From Chrysomallon squamiferum (taxonomy: Eukaryota; Animalia; Mollusca): 64,000 nucleotides of DNA. Below the pieces are notes generated by a model that saw only the letters and a program-made list of their open reading frames with translations, was not told where the DNA came from and ran no database searches. Position 1 is the stretch's first letter; each line of letters opens with the position of its first letter. Positions 52,297 to 64,000 of this stretch are shown here, piece by piece. The position numbers were made by a program, and so were the translations under genes. The stretch covers positions 13,330,001 through 13,394,000 of the forward strand of contig CM022666.1 in the NCBI GenBank assembly GCA_012295275.1. Direction: 5' to 3'.

Positions 52297-55200
52297 ATGC
52301 AGGCTGCCGAAAAGGGACACGAAACAAAGGACTTAGATTTGACCTTTGCAAGTCGTGGCGTTTGGTTGGTTAAGGTTTGTTACTTTTTCTTTCAATTTCA
52401 GAATTTCAATTTCAATTTTTTTTGGAGTGTTTGTTTTAATTTTTCTTTCATATTTTCTTTATATTTATTACTATGAAACAAGCTCAACCTTTGATTTCGA
52501 CCGAATATTTCTGTCTTTATAAAGCAATTGAATATATATTAGAATCAAGTTAAATCTGAACATAGAGCTACATTTTAGGGTTGATATTGTATTAACTAAT
52601 TAAGTATATGAAAGGGATCATCATCATCATCATGGGAATCGGTGTAACTGCTGCAAGTTATACGAAGGGATGGTATAAGTACTTTGAACAATGTTGAGAT
52701 TACTTGTTTGTCAAAAATACTCCTACAAATAATTGCATCAAATGCATTAACTATTAACAAGTTTATTTTATTTGCAATTAAATAAATCCAGAGTGTCTGT
52801 TTTTATTTATTATACAAAACGAAGTTCACTAAATGATCTGGTGGCTGATCTTGCTGCCTTTAGTGAGTCGTAAGCTGTAAAGATGTATGATGTAGCGAGA
52901 CCTCTGATATCTACTATGTAAATAAAATAAGATTTACTTCATAGTTCAAATTGCATCATTTGAATTACAGTAATCTCCGACTCATTCACGTGAAATAACA
53001 CAATTTATTATTTCGTCTTTATTAAATCCAAAAACATTTATATTTTACAGTCTAGATGCATACTGCTTGGTTAATACGTTATCACTATTAACTCAGTAAT
53101 AATCATTAAAACCAAACTTAATTAATGAGAACCGAGACAGATGTGTGTATGTCAGAACAGTTCCAAATCGCTGAACTACACAAAGTATCAGTGCTGCCAT
53201 CTTGGGAGTATGAAATCATTCTGAATCAAGATCTCCAACAGTTTAAAAGGGGGCTAAGATTACCAGTCTGAAGTCCAAAGTTACCACTGACTCTTCATTT
53301 GATTAAAAGATATATTAATTTATAACAGTCATATCTTTTACATTGTATTTGAACTTCATATTATTTAAATTTAAATTCTTAATTTTTTCCACAGGTGCCT
53401 AAATATTTATCAGAAAGATGGCAGAAAGCAAAGTCCAGTACAGATGTTGGGAAACTGAAAATTACACGTTCAAAGTAAGAATGATTTTTATGATTATTTT
53501 TTAATTTTATTACGTAAATGTGCCAGTACAAATTCTACAATATATTATTATGTCTTTGCAGCATATTTATTGTTAATCTAATACTGCATAAATAACTGAA
53601 TTGTAGCATGATATATATATATATTAACCTTCAATGAAACAAACAAGCATCTTACATTCTTCATTTCAGAAACACTCTTCATAATTCAGTGAGTAAACAA
53701 ACAAAATTTAACTCTTGACCACTGCAAACGTTATTATGAAAAATAATTAAAGGTATTAAATTTAGAGGTTCATGCTTTCTAAAATCAGATTCCCTGGTCA
53801 GAAAACTGAGGTGGCCTTTAGTCTGAATGAACAGCTGGCAAGTATAAACACTGGCACAGGCAAGGTGCCCAGAGAACACAAGTTTTCAATGACTGCTCTG
53901 CGCACACAGAACCTGGTGGTCATGTCACAACTGGGAGTGTATCAGAAAAAGGAGTCAGGTGGTGTTGTAACCAAGGAGCTTGTAGGAGGTAAATTTTGAG
54001 CTAGAGTTTTAAATACGCGTGTGTGTGTATAGATGTATGGTCCTTTTTTTTGAAATATTAATAATAATTTTTTTTTTTTTTTAAATTATTTATCTATTTA
54101 TTTTTTTTTTTTTTTTTTTGATGGTGTTATCAGGTTTTGAAACTGAACTTGTTAGATGAATTTTATATGTTAATTTACAAGTTTTATATATACACCCATG
54201 CATTAACTGAAGACTTTGTAAGGAAAATATATGCAATAAAAATTAAATGAAAAACAATTTTCAAAAATATTATTTTTGACCTGCATTTGTGTATACTTTG
54301 ATGATTATCTGTTTTTGCTTTTTTAATTTTCTTTTTGTTATTTTTTTTTTTTTTTTTTACAATCTTGCAGAGAAACTTGCAGTTGAGGGCAAAGTCATTC
54401 AGAGAGCCGAATGTATTCCTATAAATGATGAATCATACAAAATTCTTAAAAGGTAAAATTTATTTACTTTCTCATCGAATGTTAATGAATCATTGATGAA
54501 CACTGATTAAAAATGTGATCACCAGTGTTTTGGCTGCTTGTGAGGCAAGGGGTGTTTAGGCTTAAAGTTTGATAAATTTATAGTCAGATCTTTCTAAATC
54601 ATATCTGCAGTTTAATTCCAATCCACAAAACTGAGAGTGTTACATATTTTTTCATATTCTGTATGAGAAATGCTTTCTTTTCATTAATTATTTGGAATAA
54701 ATTTATTTATTTTTATGGATTGCAAACAAATACAGAGTGCTTATTTAGTTTTATTTAAAAGTTTTTTAAACAGACCTCTCTGTTTATATATAATCATTAT
54801 AGAATTATTCATAACCATAAAATGAGATGATTTTCAAATATATAAAAGAATAAATTTTAGCTTAAAAGTAACTTGATACATGCCCTTTATTTCTTCTGAC
54901 TCCTGTAGTATGTATATAATTTATTTCTGGTTAATATTGGTAATGATGTTGTTAGTATTAACATCAAAAACTGTATGTTAATTGTTTATTTTATATGTAT
55001 ATAAAGTAGAAAAACCATTTGATAGAATTAATTAATTTATTTATATTCAGTATTTTTAAATAATGATTTCACATCTATTCTATTGAAATTTACATTTGTA
55101 TTTTTTTTTTTTTTTTAAAGAAAACAGTGGGTTCTGCAGAATCAGCCAAAACGAGAAGTGAAACAAATAGACACAGTGGTACAGTCGTACAAACCTGTTA

Positions 55201-56279
55201 GTCACCACCCAGCGCAGGTTTGTTTTTCATCTCTTTACAGCTTCAGTATATTCGCACATCATTGTACATAATAAACACACTGCTGAGGGTGGATGTATTT
55301 GCATGAATAAATTACAGTTGTTAATTTTCTAATTACCTGCTCTTTGACAATTGCCTTCATCTGTAAAGATACCATTGACTTGTCTGCTGTTATCTTTAGA
55401 AATATAAAATAAAAATTCAATTTGCTGTTTTAACCAACTTTTCCAGGGTTTTATTCTCATTTAAATTGGCACTGAACAATCTGACTATCATTTAGTAAAT
55501 AATATCTCTGTTGTCATTTTATGCAATAATCTCCTTGTTTTTGCATGCAAAAAAACGAATTCTTTGTTTTGTACTCTTTTAAAAACATTTTTTTAAAATG
55601 TAGCTATTTTGATTCTGAAATGTTTTGTTTGATTTATATTTTATTTTATGCGATGTATTTTTATTTTTTTTTAATTTATTTATTTTAGTTAGAGAATGAG
55701 AAAAGAAAGAAGGAAGAAGGAAAGCGCTCAAGAGCTGACAAGGATCAAGTGATGGAAATGTTGTTCAGTGCATTTGAGAAACATCAGTACTACAACGTCA
55801 AAGATTTGGTGAAAATCACAAAACAGCCAGTTGTAAGTAACCTTCTCATCCCAGTAATTATCCTAGCATTAAGTATTTGAATTTTAGAAGAATTAGAATG
55901 CAATGCTTCTTGTCATTCAGTTCAGTGTAAAGGAATTTTTTTCATCATTTTAAATTGTTTACAAGTAGATAAATCTAGCTTAAGCGTCATTATAGTGAAC
56001 GAAATAGACTTAACGAATAATCATTTAATTCTAAGGGTTAATTAATATATATAGATATATATATATATATATCACTATTCTGATGTAAACAGTTTGTGTG
56101 CAGAAAAGTTTCCTTTATTTTGTTTTATTTTATTTTATTTTATTTTTATTTTGTTGCAGCCATATCTGAAGGAAATTCTCAAAGAGATATGTAGCTACAA
56201 CATGAAGGCTCCTCACAGAAACATGTGGGAGCTGAAACCTGAATACAGACATTACAAACAGTCTACACCTTCGACTTAA
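52297..56279 (+). CDS. GTF2F2: General transcription factor IIF subunit 2 (RAP30/TFIIF-beta), ~266 aa
   Basis: Exons 52297-52374, 53395-53474, 53789-53988, 54371-54452, 55121-55217, 55689-55832 and 56160-56279 total 801 nt. Motifs include LDL...GVWLVK|VPKYLSERW, KLAVEGKVIQRAEC, MLFSAFEKHQYYNVKDLVKITKQPV and YLKEILKEIC...HRNMWELKPEYRHY. Confidence 0.96.
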
Positions 56280-58635
56280 CATTCAAACAGCAGCGATCAT
56301 TAAACAAAAATACAGCACTTAAAATATGACAAGGAAAAAAGTATTTCATTAAGTATATTTGTCATCTGTCGAAAGGAAAAAAAAGCAAAATTTGTTTTTA
56401 TTCATCTGAGCAGAGCATGAAAACTGAAATAATTAATTGTTTGAAAATGAGCAAAACTGGAGAATCGGAGACTTGTAAGGAAGTATTTCGTGTAATAGTA
56501 TGATATAATTTTGGAAATTTGTCCAGGAAATGATGTTGCAGTTTGTCTGATGCTGCAGTAAATTAATCATCGAGTTATATATATATATATATATAATGAT
56601 ATATATGTTCAGTGGATTTTGAATAAAATTAATTCAAGCCAGTAAAGTGTTATTGTTGTTTACAAATCTGTGTGATCTAAGGGTGAGAAGACAATTGCAT
56701 CTTCCCTGGTATTTATTAAATCATGATATACTTTTAAAATATTTGCATTTTCAGTTGATTTTTTTTTATTCTTTAAATTATCACATTAATTAATCTGAAA
56801 TTATATGTAAAATTAAACTGACTTTGGAAATTGTTCTGTCTATATATATTTTATCAGATAGAAGCTATAATTTAGATAATTTTTAATAAATGAAAGTAAT
56901 AATTTAAGAAGTAACAGCAGTGTGCTCTATTGTTTTAAAGCAAAACTTGGTGACCATTTTTAATTACTCTACAGAACACTGGTAGTCAGGTTTGTGTGTA
57001 ACTTGTCAAGCTGAAATATCGAGCATATTTATGTGTTATTTCATGATCTACACATTAATTAGGTTTTAAAATTGCATGTGTTTAAAATTTACTCTCAAAG
57101 ATAGTGAAACAACAGAAAAATAATATTTTGAAATATTGCCTTTGTAGTTATTTTATTTAAATTAAAAATTTAAGAATTGCCAAAACTTTACTTTTTATTA
57201 TTCAACATACTGAAATAAATATTTTCAAAATGTTAGTGTTATTTCTTATTAATCATTATAAATAGACACGAACATGATAACTGGTTATATTAAATCATTG
57301 AGATTCCATTAATTGAAATAATTTAAAATAATTTATCATTATCACATGGACTAAACATTGCAGTATTATTAGTAGAGCTTTAAAAGTCTGAAGAAAAGTT
57401 TTTAACATAAAATTATTAACTTTGATTTTTTTCAGAAGCTGAAAAATGAGCAACTGATTGTATTCTAAGTAAATGAAGTTTGGTTTCTCTGTTAAAACAG
57501 CTGATTCCAGTGTGTACAATTAGCCATAATAGATTACAATTATAAACTTTCAAGTTAACATTTCAGTTTTTTTCATTTTATTTATTTATTTTCTGACACA
57601 ACATTCCATAAAATATAAAAGGTGAACTAAATCTATTTTCTTAGATTTGTTTTTAAAAAAAAAATTGGCGACTTGCACCAACAGATCATTGTTTTTATTT
57701 ATCTTTTGTCTAGTTTATAATTAAGTCTTGAAAAACAACAAACACATGAACAAATTTTGAAATTGTTTTTATCGCATCAAGTGCCATGTGTTAAAACATA
57801 AAAACTGAAAACATTAAGAATGAATGACTAGAGTAATTTTTACGATACAAATTTAATAATAATTAACATGTTCATGATAAAAATGTGTTATGGGAATAAT
57901 ACTGGGTTTTTTGTGATACTAAATGACATTTGATGTATCTCATATAGAAATCACAAGTACATTAATTGTTTCAGAAATCACTAAAAAATTAAATCTACAT
58001 CATGATTGGTTAATTTTCATTCTGTTCATATCCTATTGGCTACTATTTATAACATGACATTTCAATTTGAGCTTAATACAGAGCTAATTTTGGCAAATTT
58101 AAAAAGATAAAAACTACAAACTACTTAACATTAAAACAAAACGGGCAATAATTAAGGCAAATAAAAATATTCACGGTTATAATCTGTAAAACAATCAAAC
58201 AAAATAAAATGTGGATTTACACTGATTCTCCAACTAAGATAAAAATATGCAGAAAAGCACTAAAGGGCATCATACTGGCTTTGCAAGTTTCTTTTATATA
58301 TTACTTTAGTTACATTTAACACATCAAGCATGCATACAATCATTCTTTCCACATTAATACTTATGGATTGGACGGGGGAACCATTTAAGGACTAAATTAT
58401 ATTTTTATTTACTTTTCTTTTTTCTTTTTCTTTTTTTAACTCACTAAATATTTTATTGTTTTGTTCAGTAATACATAGAATTTACTTTCATTTTTTTTCA
58501 TTTATTTGAATCATATTCTTAATACGTTTTGATATTTTATTATTGTTATTTTATCAATAAAAGATTGTTATTATTAATCATTAAAAAAAGAAACAGAAAC
58601 CTGGATTGAATTGTTCAACATCACAACCATATTTG

Positions 58636-58666
<31 letters not shown>

Positions 58667-61000
58667 TTATGTCATTATAAATGTAACCTATTCAATATTT
58701 AAATGTTTTTCAATCATTTATTATTTTATGTTCGATGTGGATTTTCTCATTTGTATGCAAAATCATATCTAACCAACAAAATGTTTTCATTAACAGAGTA
58801 ATAATAAACAACTAAACATTTTAAAAAACCAAAAACTATTAGCAAATAAAGCAGCTGATTACATAAATATAGCAAAGCTTGGATTTCATATTCTGTTTTG
58901 ATAATATCAAAAAAATATAGCAGTTATTACATGTTTATGTTTGTAGACACAGATAATATATTATTACTTATTTATGTCACAGCATGTTTAACAAAATAAT
59001 GCTACGGGCAATTAAAAATTTTAAAAATCCCCTATACAGCACAAACTGTATCAAACTAAACCAAAAGACTTAAAAGTAGTAAATATATATCTTAAGACAA
59101 TGTGAAAAAATACTTAAACAAGCATTAAGTGTTAGTTTATGTGTGTTATTGTTCTTCAAAACTGAATTAAGAATAGTTACAAAACAACCTGCACCTCATT
59201 ATCAATTAAAACCAACTTTGTTATAAAGAGTGAATGAACTTTTCAACAAAATGATAAACACTTTTTCAGCTCTCAGTTTTTTTCTTTTCTTCATATTTTA
59301 AATTCCATAACAGTAGTGATTAATTTGTGATAAAATAAAGAAAATAAAAATGCTACAAAATCTTTTAAAAATTCCATTAAAATTTTCATTCCAAGGCTAT
59401 AAACAGATTTCAGTATTTCATTCATTTTTATTGGCAGCTGTTTAAAATGTATTTTAATTAATTATTGTTGGCTACTCAAAATTCAGAAAAAAACAGTTTT
59501 GATCCGTTTGTTATGGATGCAAGCTTATGTCCATGTACTGTCAGAAACTATAGAATATTACTTAAGTCTGATACTTTGTTTTGATTTATTTTTAGTTGTT
59601 ACAACCTGATTTTCCATGTAATATCAACCTAGAGCATGTTATTTATGTCTTTATCAGAACCCAGACAGTTCTCAAGCAGAATATTTGTTCGCATGCTTAT
59701 ATACAGTTTAAATATCTATAATCAAGAAACATGAAGAGTTAAAACTTCTTTACAGTAATTTGAGAAAAAGTAAAACAGAAAGCAGTGTGAAAGAATAAAA
59801 GGAAAAACCACAAATGATTAATCATGCTGATCAGATTAAAAAGATGTCCATGATGAAAATTATTGTAAAACGCTGGTAGTTTCATGATGGTGCACATGAA
59901 GAAATCAGACTGTAAGAATGTATGGCACAGAGGAATGGTGAGCTTTGGTCTGGTGCATAGTGTATGAGTTTTCTCCCGTAATACACCTACAAATGTTTAA
60001 TAAGAATAATAAAGCAATTTTAGAAAAATACTTTTGTTGTTGCTCTTTTCTCCAAGGAGAGGGCTGAAAAAGATACAATATTTTTTAATTAAGTAAAATG
60101 TTGTTGCTTGAATTACATATGTCTACATGCAGAACAACTTGCTATTATTAAATGAACATGTGAGTACATGGTAACTAGAAAAATTAAAAAAAGAAAGAAT
60201 TAGTAACCTGTTACTGACTTTAAATATCAGTATCGAACCATTTATCTGGGATTAGAGGCCAACCAGATTTCTGAACACAGACTCAAAATAAATATAAAAT
60301 AAAACATGAAAAATAAAGAATGAACCTGTATTTAACAGATACAAATTTTTATTATCTTAAAGCATGGTCTTTCTGACCATTAAAATTGTTAAAATATCTG
60401 CACAGAATACTAAATGTAGTGAATAGGATGAAAATTAGAACAAAGGAAGAATATAATTTTTATTTAAAAACAAAGGAAGAATATAAGTTTTATTTAAAAA
60501 CACAGGTACACATTAAAAGACTTCATAATACACTGACAATACTGTGTATAATATATACAAAAACGATTACATTTATAATAATGATTTTTCATTTTGCTGA
60601 ACAGTAAATTTAAAAGCAGACAGTTTAAGAAGAAACAAAAATAAAAATAATAAAAATGAAAATGTTTTCTCAATTTATTACAAAAATGTCTGTACATGTA
60701 TTTATGTGTAGTGAATGTATAATTAAGTTTTAACCACAAAACGATTTATAATCTGATTTTCATTGTATATTTTCTATTAATATAATTAAAATGATTTATT
60801 AAAAATGTTTGAGTGAAGAACTGGCTAAACAAAAAAAAAAAAAAAAAAAAAAAATTAAATGAAATTTATAATTTAATACTGAATTTATGTATACCTGTAA
60901 AAACAACTAGTAGCCAAAGTTAAATGCTATCTTAAACTTTACCTGTTAAAATAACTAGTAGCAATAGTTTAATATTGTCCAGGTTTACCTGTAAAAACAG

Positions 61001-62715
61001 CTAATAGCCACTGTCTGCTAGTCGATCTCTGGTTTCCATTATCTGGGTGTTGTTATTGGCTGGAAGAATTCCATCATTGTCATATACTCCTATTACGTAG
61101 CCTGTAACAAAAAAATATTAAATTAAAGCCCATTGAAAAAAAAAAAAAAAAAAGAAGAAGAAGAAAATCATGTTCTGCTAAGTTATGTTAGTTTTAACTT
61201 GTTAAAGTGTACCCATTGAGAAAAGAAGAAATAGTTTAATATATATTCAGCAAACTTTCATGTTGGTTTTTATTTATTATTATTATTATTATTTTGCTGT
61301 TAAAGCATACCTATTAGAGAACTCAAGAAATAGTTAAATATATTTTGTATACTTTGAAGTATTTTTGGTTTTTGGTTTTTATTTAATTAACTTACTTATT
61401 ATATATTTTTATTTCGTTTCATTTCATTTTATTTTATTTTATATTTTTATTTTTGCTCTTCAGTCTTATTTTTTGTTAATTAGTAATAAAGTATAATATA
61501 ACATTAAACGGTATTTTTAAAAGATCAGATGATAAAGGGCAGTTCTACAATTTGCTCTATTCTGCTGTGTATGTGATAATGTCTTAATGATAAATTTATG
61601 GTAAAATTAAAACGTTTTGTAATAGTATTGTTTATTGTGTAATTTTTTATTAGTAATGATCATTCTAAACTATAAAATAATTTGGAAGTATAAAAAATGT
61701 TATTAGTCTATTCCTTCACAGTGACAAAGGTATAACTTAATAGCTTGATATTAAATAAATAAATAAAAGTAATAATAAGAATTTAAAATAAAAATAAAAA
61801 TATTTACACAAATATCTATCCAATATTTTTAATTTATTGACAACAATGTGAAAAATAAATGCATAATAAACTCATTATATTCATCAGTTTTATTCACTAA
61901 AAAATTAAAAATTCTATTTTTTTACAACATTTTTGGAATATAAGTAAATTTAAGGTGTAAAAAAAAAAAAATGTTCTAAGCGTATAAGAATGTATTATAC
62001 TTACACTGTTTGCCCTTGGCAAGAGTGAAACCAGCAGACCCTTTTTTAGCAATGAGCGATTTGCCCACCGTGTCACAACGTAAAACCATGTATTTTGTAT
62101 TGCCAATTTCTAAAGATGAACATCCTGCCGCACCTTGAGTGAATGCAACTTCAGCTCTCTCAAAAAATGACTTTGGCATCTGTAATAAAAATTAAACTAA
62201 TAATAATAATAACAACAACAAAACGAAATCTAATTATAAAATTTAATAATATCTAAATTTAATTAATAGTGATAATACATTATTATTTTTATTATTATTA
62301 TTATTAATTAACAGATTTTATGATTATTTTAGAAGTCGACAAATAGTGGGTGTGGTTTAAAATTATTCTGATATTCTGGAAATAACCTTTACGTTTGACA
62401 GGTGCTCTGGGTTTTTAAATTTAAATAAAATAAAACATTTTGCTGAAACTGATTTTTAGTTACACATTTTTTTTTTGTGTGCAAATTTACAGCTTTCTAT
62501 CAAATCTTTAACAATAGTTTATCCCGACTAGACAGCTAATTAACCTGCAAGGGAAAACAAACAAAAAAAAATCTAACACTTTTCATCAATGCGTCTGTAC
62601 CGCACCAGCAACTTCCGTCAAAACCATAAATTCCTGCATGATGAGAAGATTTAATGGACTGTCCTTGAACATTTCGTGTAAGAAGTTGATTCAGCCATGC
62701 TTCCCAGCCTGCCAT
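61001..62715 (-). CDS. Profilin-family protein (divergent), ~137 aa
   Basis: Exons 62715-62578, 62179-62005 and 61101-61001. Motifs include MAGWEAWLNQLL, AGIYGFDGSCW, LEIGNTKYMVLR, LIAKKGSAGFTLAKGKQCYVIGVY and C-terminal RLADSGY*. The exon 1 donor (AGT|GTTAGA) is the least certain boundary. Confidence 0.88.
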
Positions 62716-63050
62716 TTTATACAGATTTACTTTTTGTGATTATAAAGAAGCTAATTTGTCAAATAAAATCCAGACTTTTCGTCAACTGATCTTTTAAAGA
62801 TCGCCGCCTCCTGCGACCGGTGAAGAGACAATATCTTCCGTTAGAAAACGTTCTCGTCTGACATGACAAAAAGCACACTTCCGGTCCAGGTCTCCCACGC
62901 TTTATATCAGGCATGGGCCACCTTTTTCGAGAAACTGGTGATTTTGTGTTAGTACGTAGGGTTTATTTTAGGAAATTTTTCATTTTCATCTAATTCAGGA
63001 ACTCTTATAATAAAAAACAAATTACATGTGTTTTAGTATATTAGTAGATA

Positions 63051-63333
63051 CAGGTTAATCCAGTTTTCTGGTACCAAGGCATCTAAATACGTAAATAATT
63101 AGGCATAAACATTTTAAAATTAAAAACATAAAGAAAATTGACGATACACAACTGTGGCGACACGACACGTAAACAATACGGCGAGTGGATGAACGCCGCG
63201 CGGCTTGAAAGAGTAGTTCCGGTCTGGTGAGGACAATACCCGCGCGCTCGGACTGTGAAAATAGCATCGAAATTTTTTCCAGTTTTCTGGTCTTTACGGA
63301 TTTCAGGACGCTGGATAATTGGTCCGGTACCTG
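63051..63333. mobile_element. Putative pogo/Tigger (Tc1-mariner)-like non-autonomous element
   Basis: TA|CAGGT...ACCTG|TA ends. The right end read inward is CAGGTACCGGACCAATTATCCAG...AAATCCG, in the style of Tigger/pogo termini. The left TIR is degraded, the interior is GC/CpG-rich, and TCCAGTTTTCTGGT occurs twice. Confidence 0.35.
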
Positions 63334-63527
63334 TACAAAATAGACTCATTCTACAAAATTTGAATTAACATTATTTTCCTTGTGAAATTAGGCGGACCAT
63401 TCAGAAAGCCGCTCCGACCACAGTTTGCCCCTGACTGTTTTATTTTTTTTTCTGCATTCGTGATATCAGAATTAAAAGGTACGCACAGCATGGTTTATTT
63501 TATTTTTACACTAAAATGTTTCGTGAA

Positions 63528-63601
63528 AGGCTCCAGAGGGATTCGAACACTCGACCTTCTGCTTACTAGGCAGACGCTCTAACCAACTGAGCTATAGAGC
63601 C
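63528..63601 (-). tRNA. tRNA-Thr (anticodon AGT)
   Basis: GGCTCTA TAGCTCAGTTGGTTAGAGC G TCTGC CT-AGT-AA GCAGA AGGTC GAGTG TTCGAAT CCCTC TGGAGCC T folds into a cloverleaf with A and B boxes. There is one T-C mismatch in the T stem, and T runs follow downstream. Confidence 0.92.
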
Positions 63602-64000
63602 ATATGCTTGCTTCGTCATTTAATTTTTTATAGCAATATTATGATGAATTTAATTCAAATAAAAAAAGTTTCATTTTAAAGAAAAACTGCCCCCCCCCCA
63701 TTATTGTGTAATGTTTTTCTTTCCTTTTTATTTATTTGTTTATTCAATATTATCTTCATCATAATTCATTAATTGTCAATACAGAATGATGAGGATGATG
63801 ATAATAATAATAACTTGCCGTCTACGTACAATACAAATTTATATAATGTAGTGACGTCATTTATCGATTGTTTACGTCGCTGCTTTGGAATAAGTAGCTT
63901 GACAACAGAAACAACGGTCATTTGAATTACAAATGCCAAGGTGTGAACATGCCTATCGCCAAAAACTGCAGCTAAAAACCTGAAGTATATTTCAACAATG

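Noticed and set aside
63055-63349. ORFs with a faint histone H2A-like SERAG motif
   Set aside because: The similarity is limited to about 5 residues, and the ORFs lie in a putative MITE.

Overview
AT-rich, intron-containing animal genomic DNA, most likely a mollusc or other lophotrochozoan (inferred from the protein sequences and repeat style). I reconstructed five spliced protein-coding genes by hand from GT-AG sites and reading frames. They are the 5' part of YAP/Yorkie (minus strand, ~26.9 kb first intron, runs off the window start), a HAD-family pseudouridine-5'-phosphatase (PUDP/HDHD1, +), RFC4 (-), GTF2F2/RAP30 (+, head-to-head with RFC4) and a divergent profilin (-). There is also a tRNA-Thr(AGT), several MITE-like elements and composite mini/microsatellites. 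The main finding is in PUDP, which carries two tandem, intact, equal-length (126 bp) but strongly diverged copies of coding exon 2 (18/42 aa identical). This exon encodes the start of the substrate-specificity cap. An intronic element between the copies is complementary to look-alike elements upstream of each copy. This is a candidate mutually exclusive splicing switch, controlled by competing RNA structures, that could produce two phosphatases with different specificity from one gene. All gene models are manual readings; no database search or RNA data was available.
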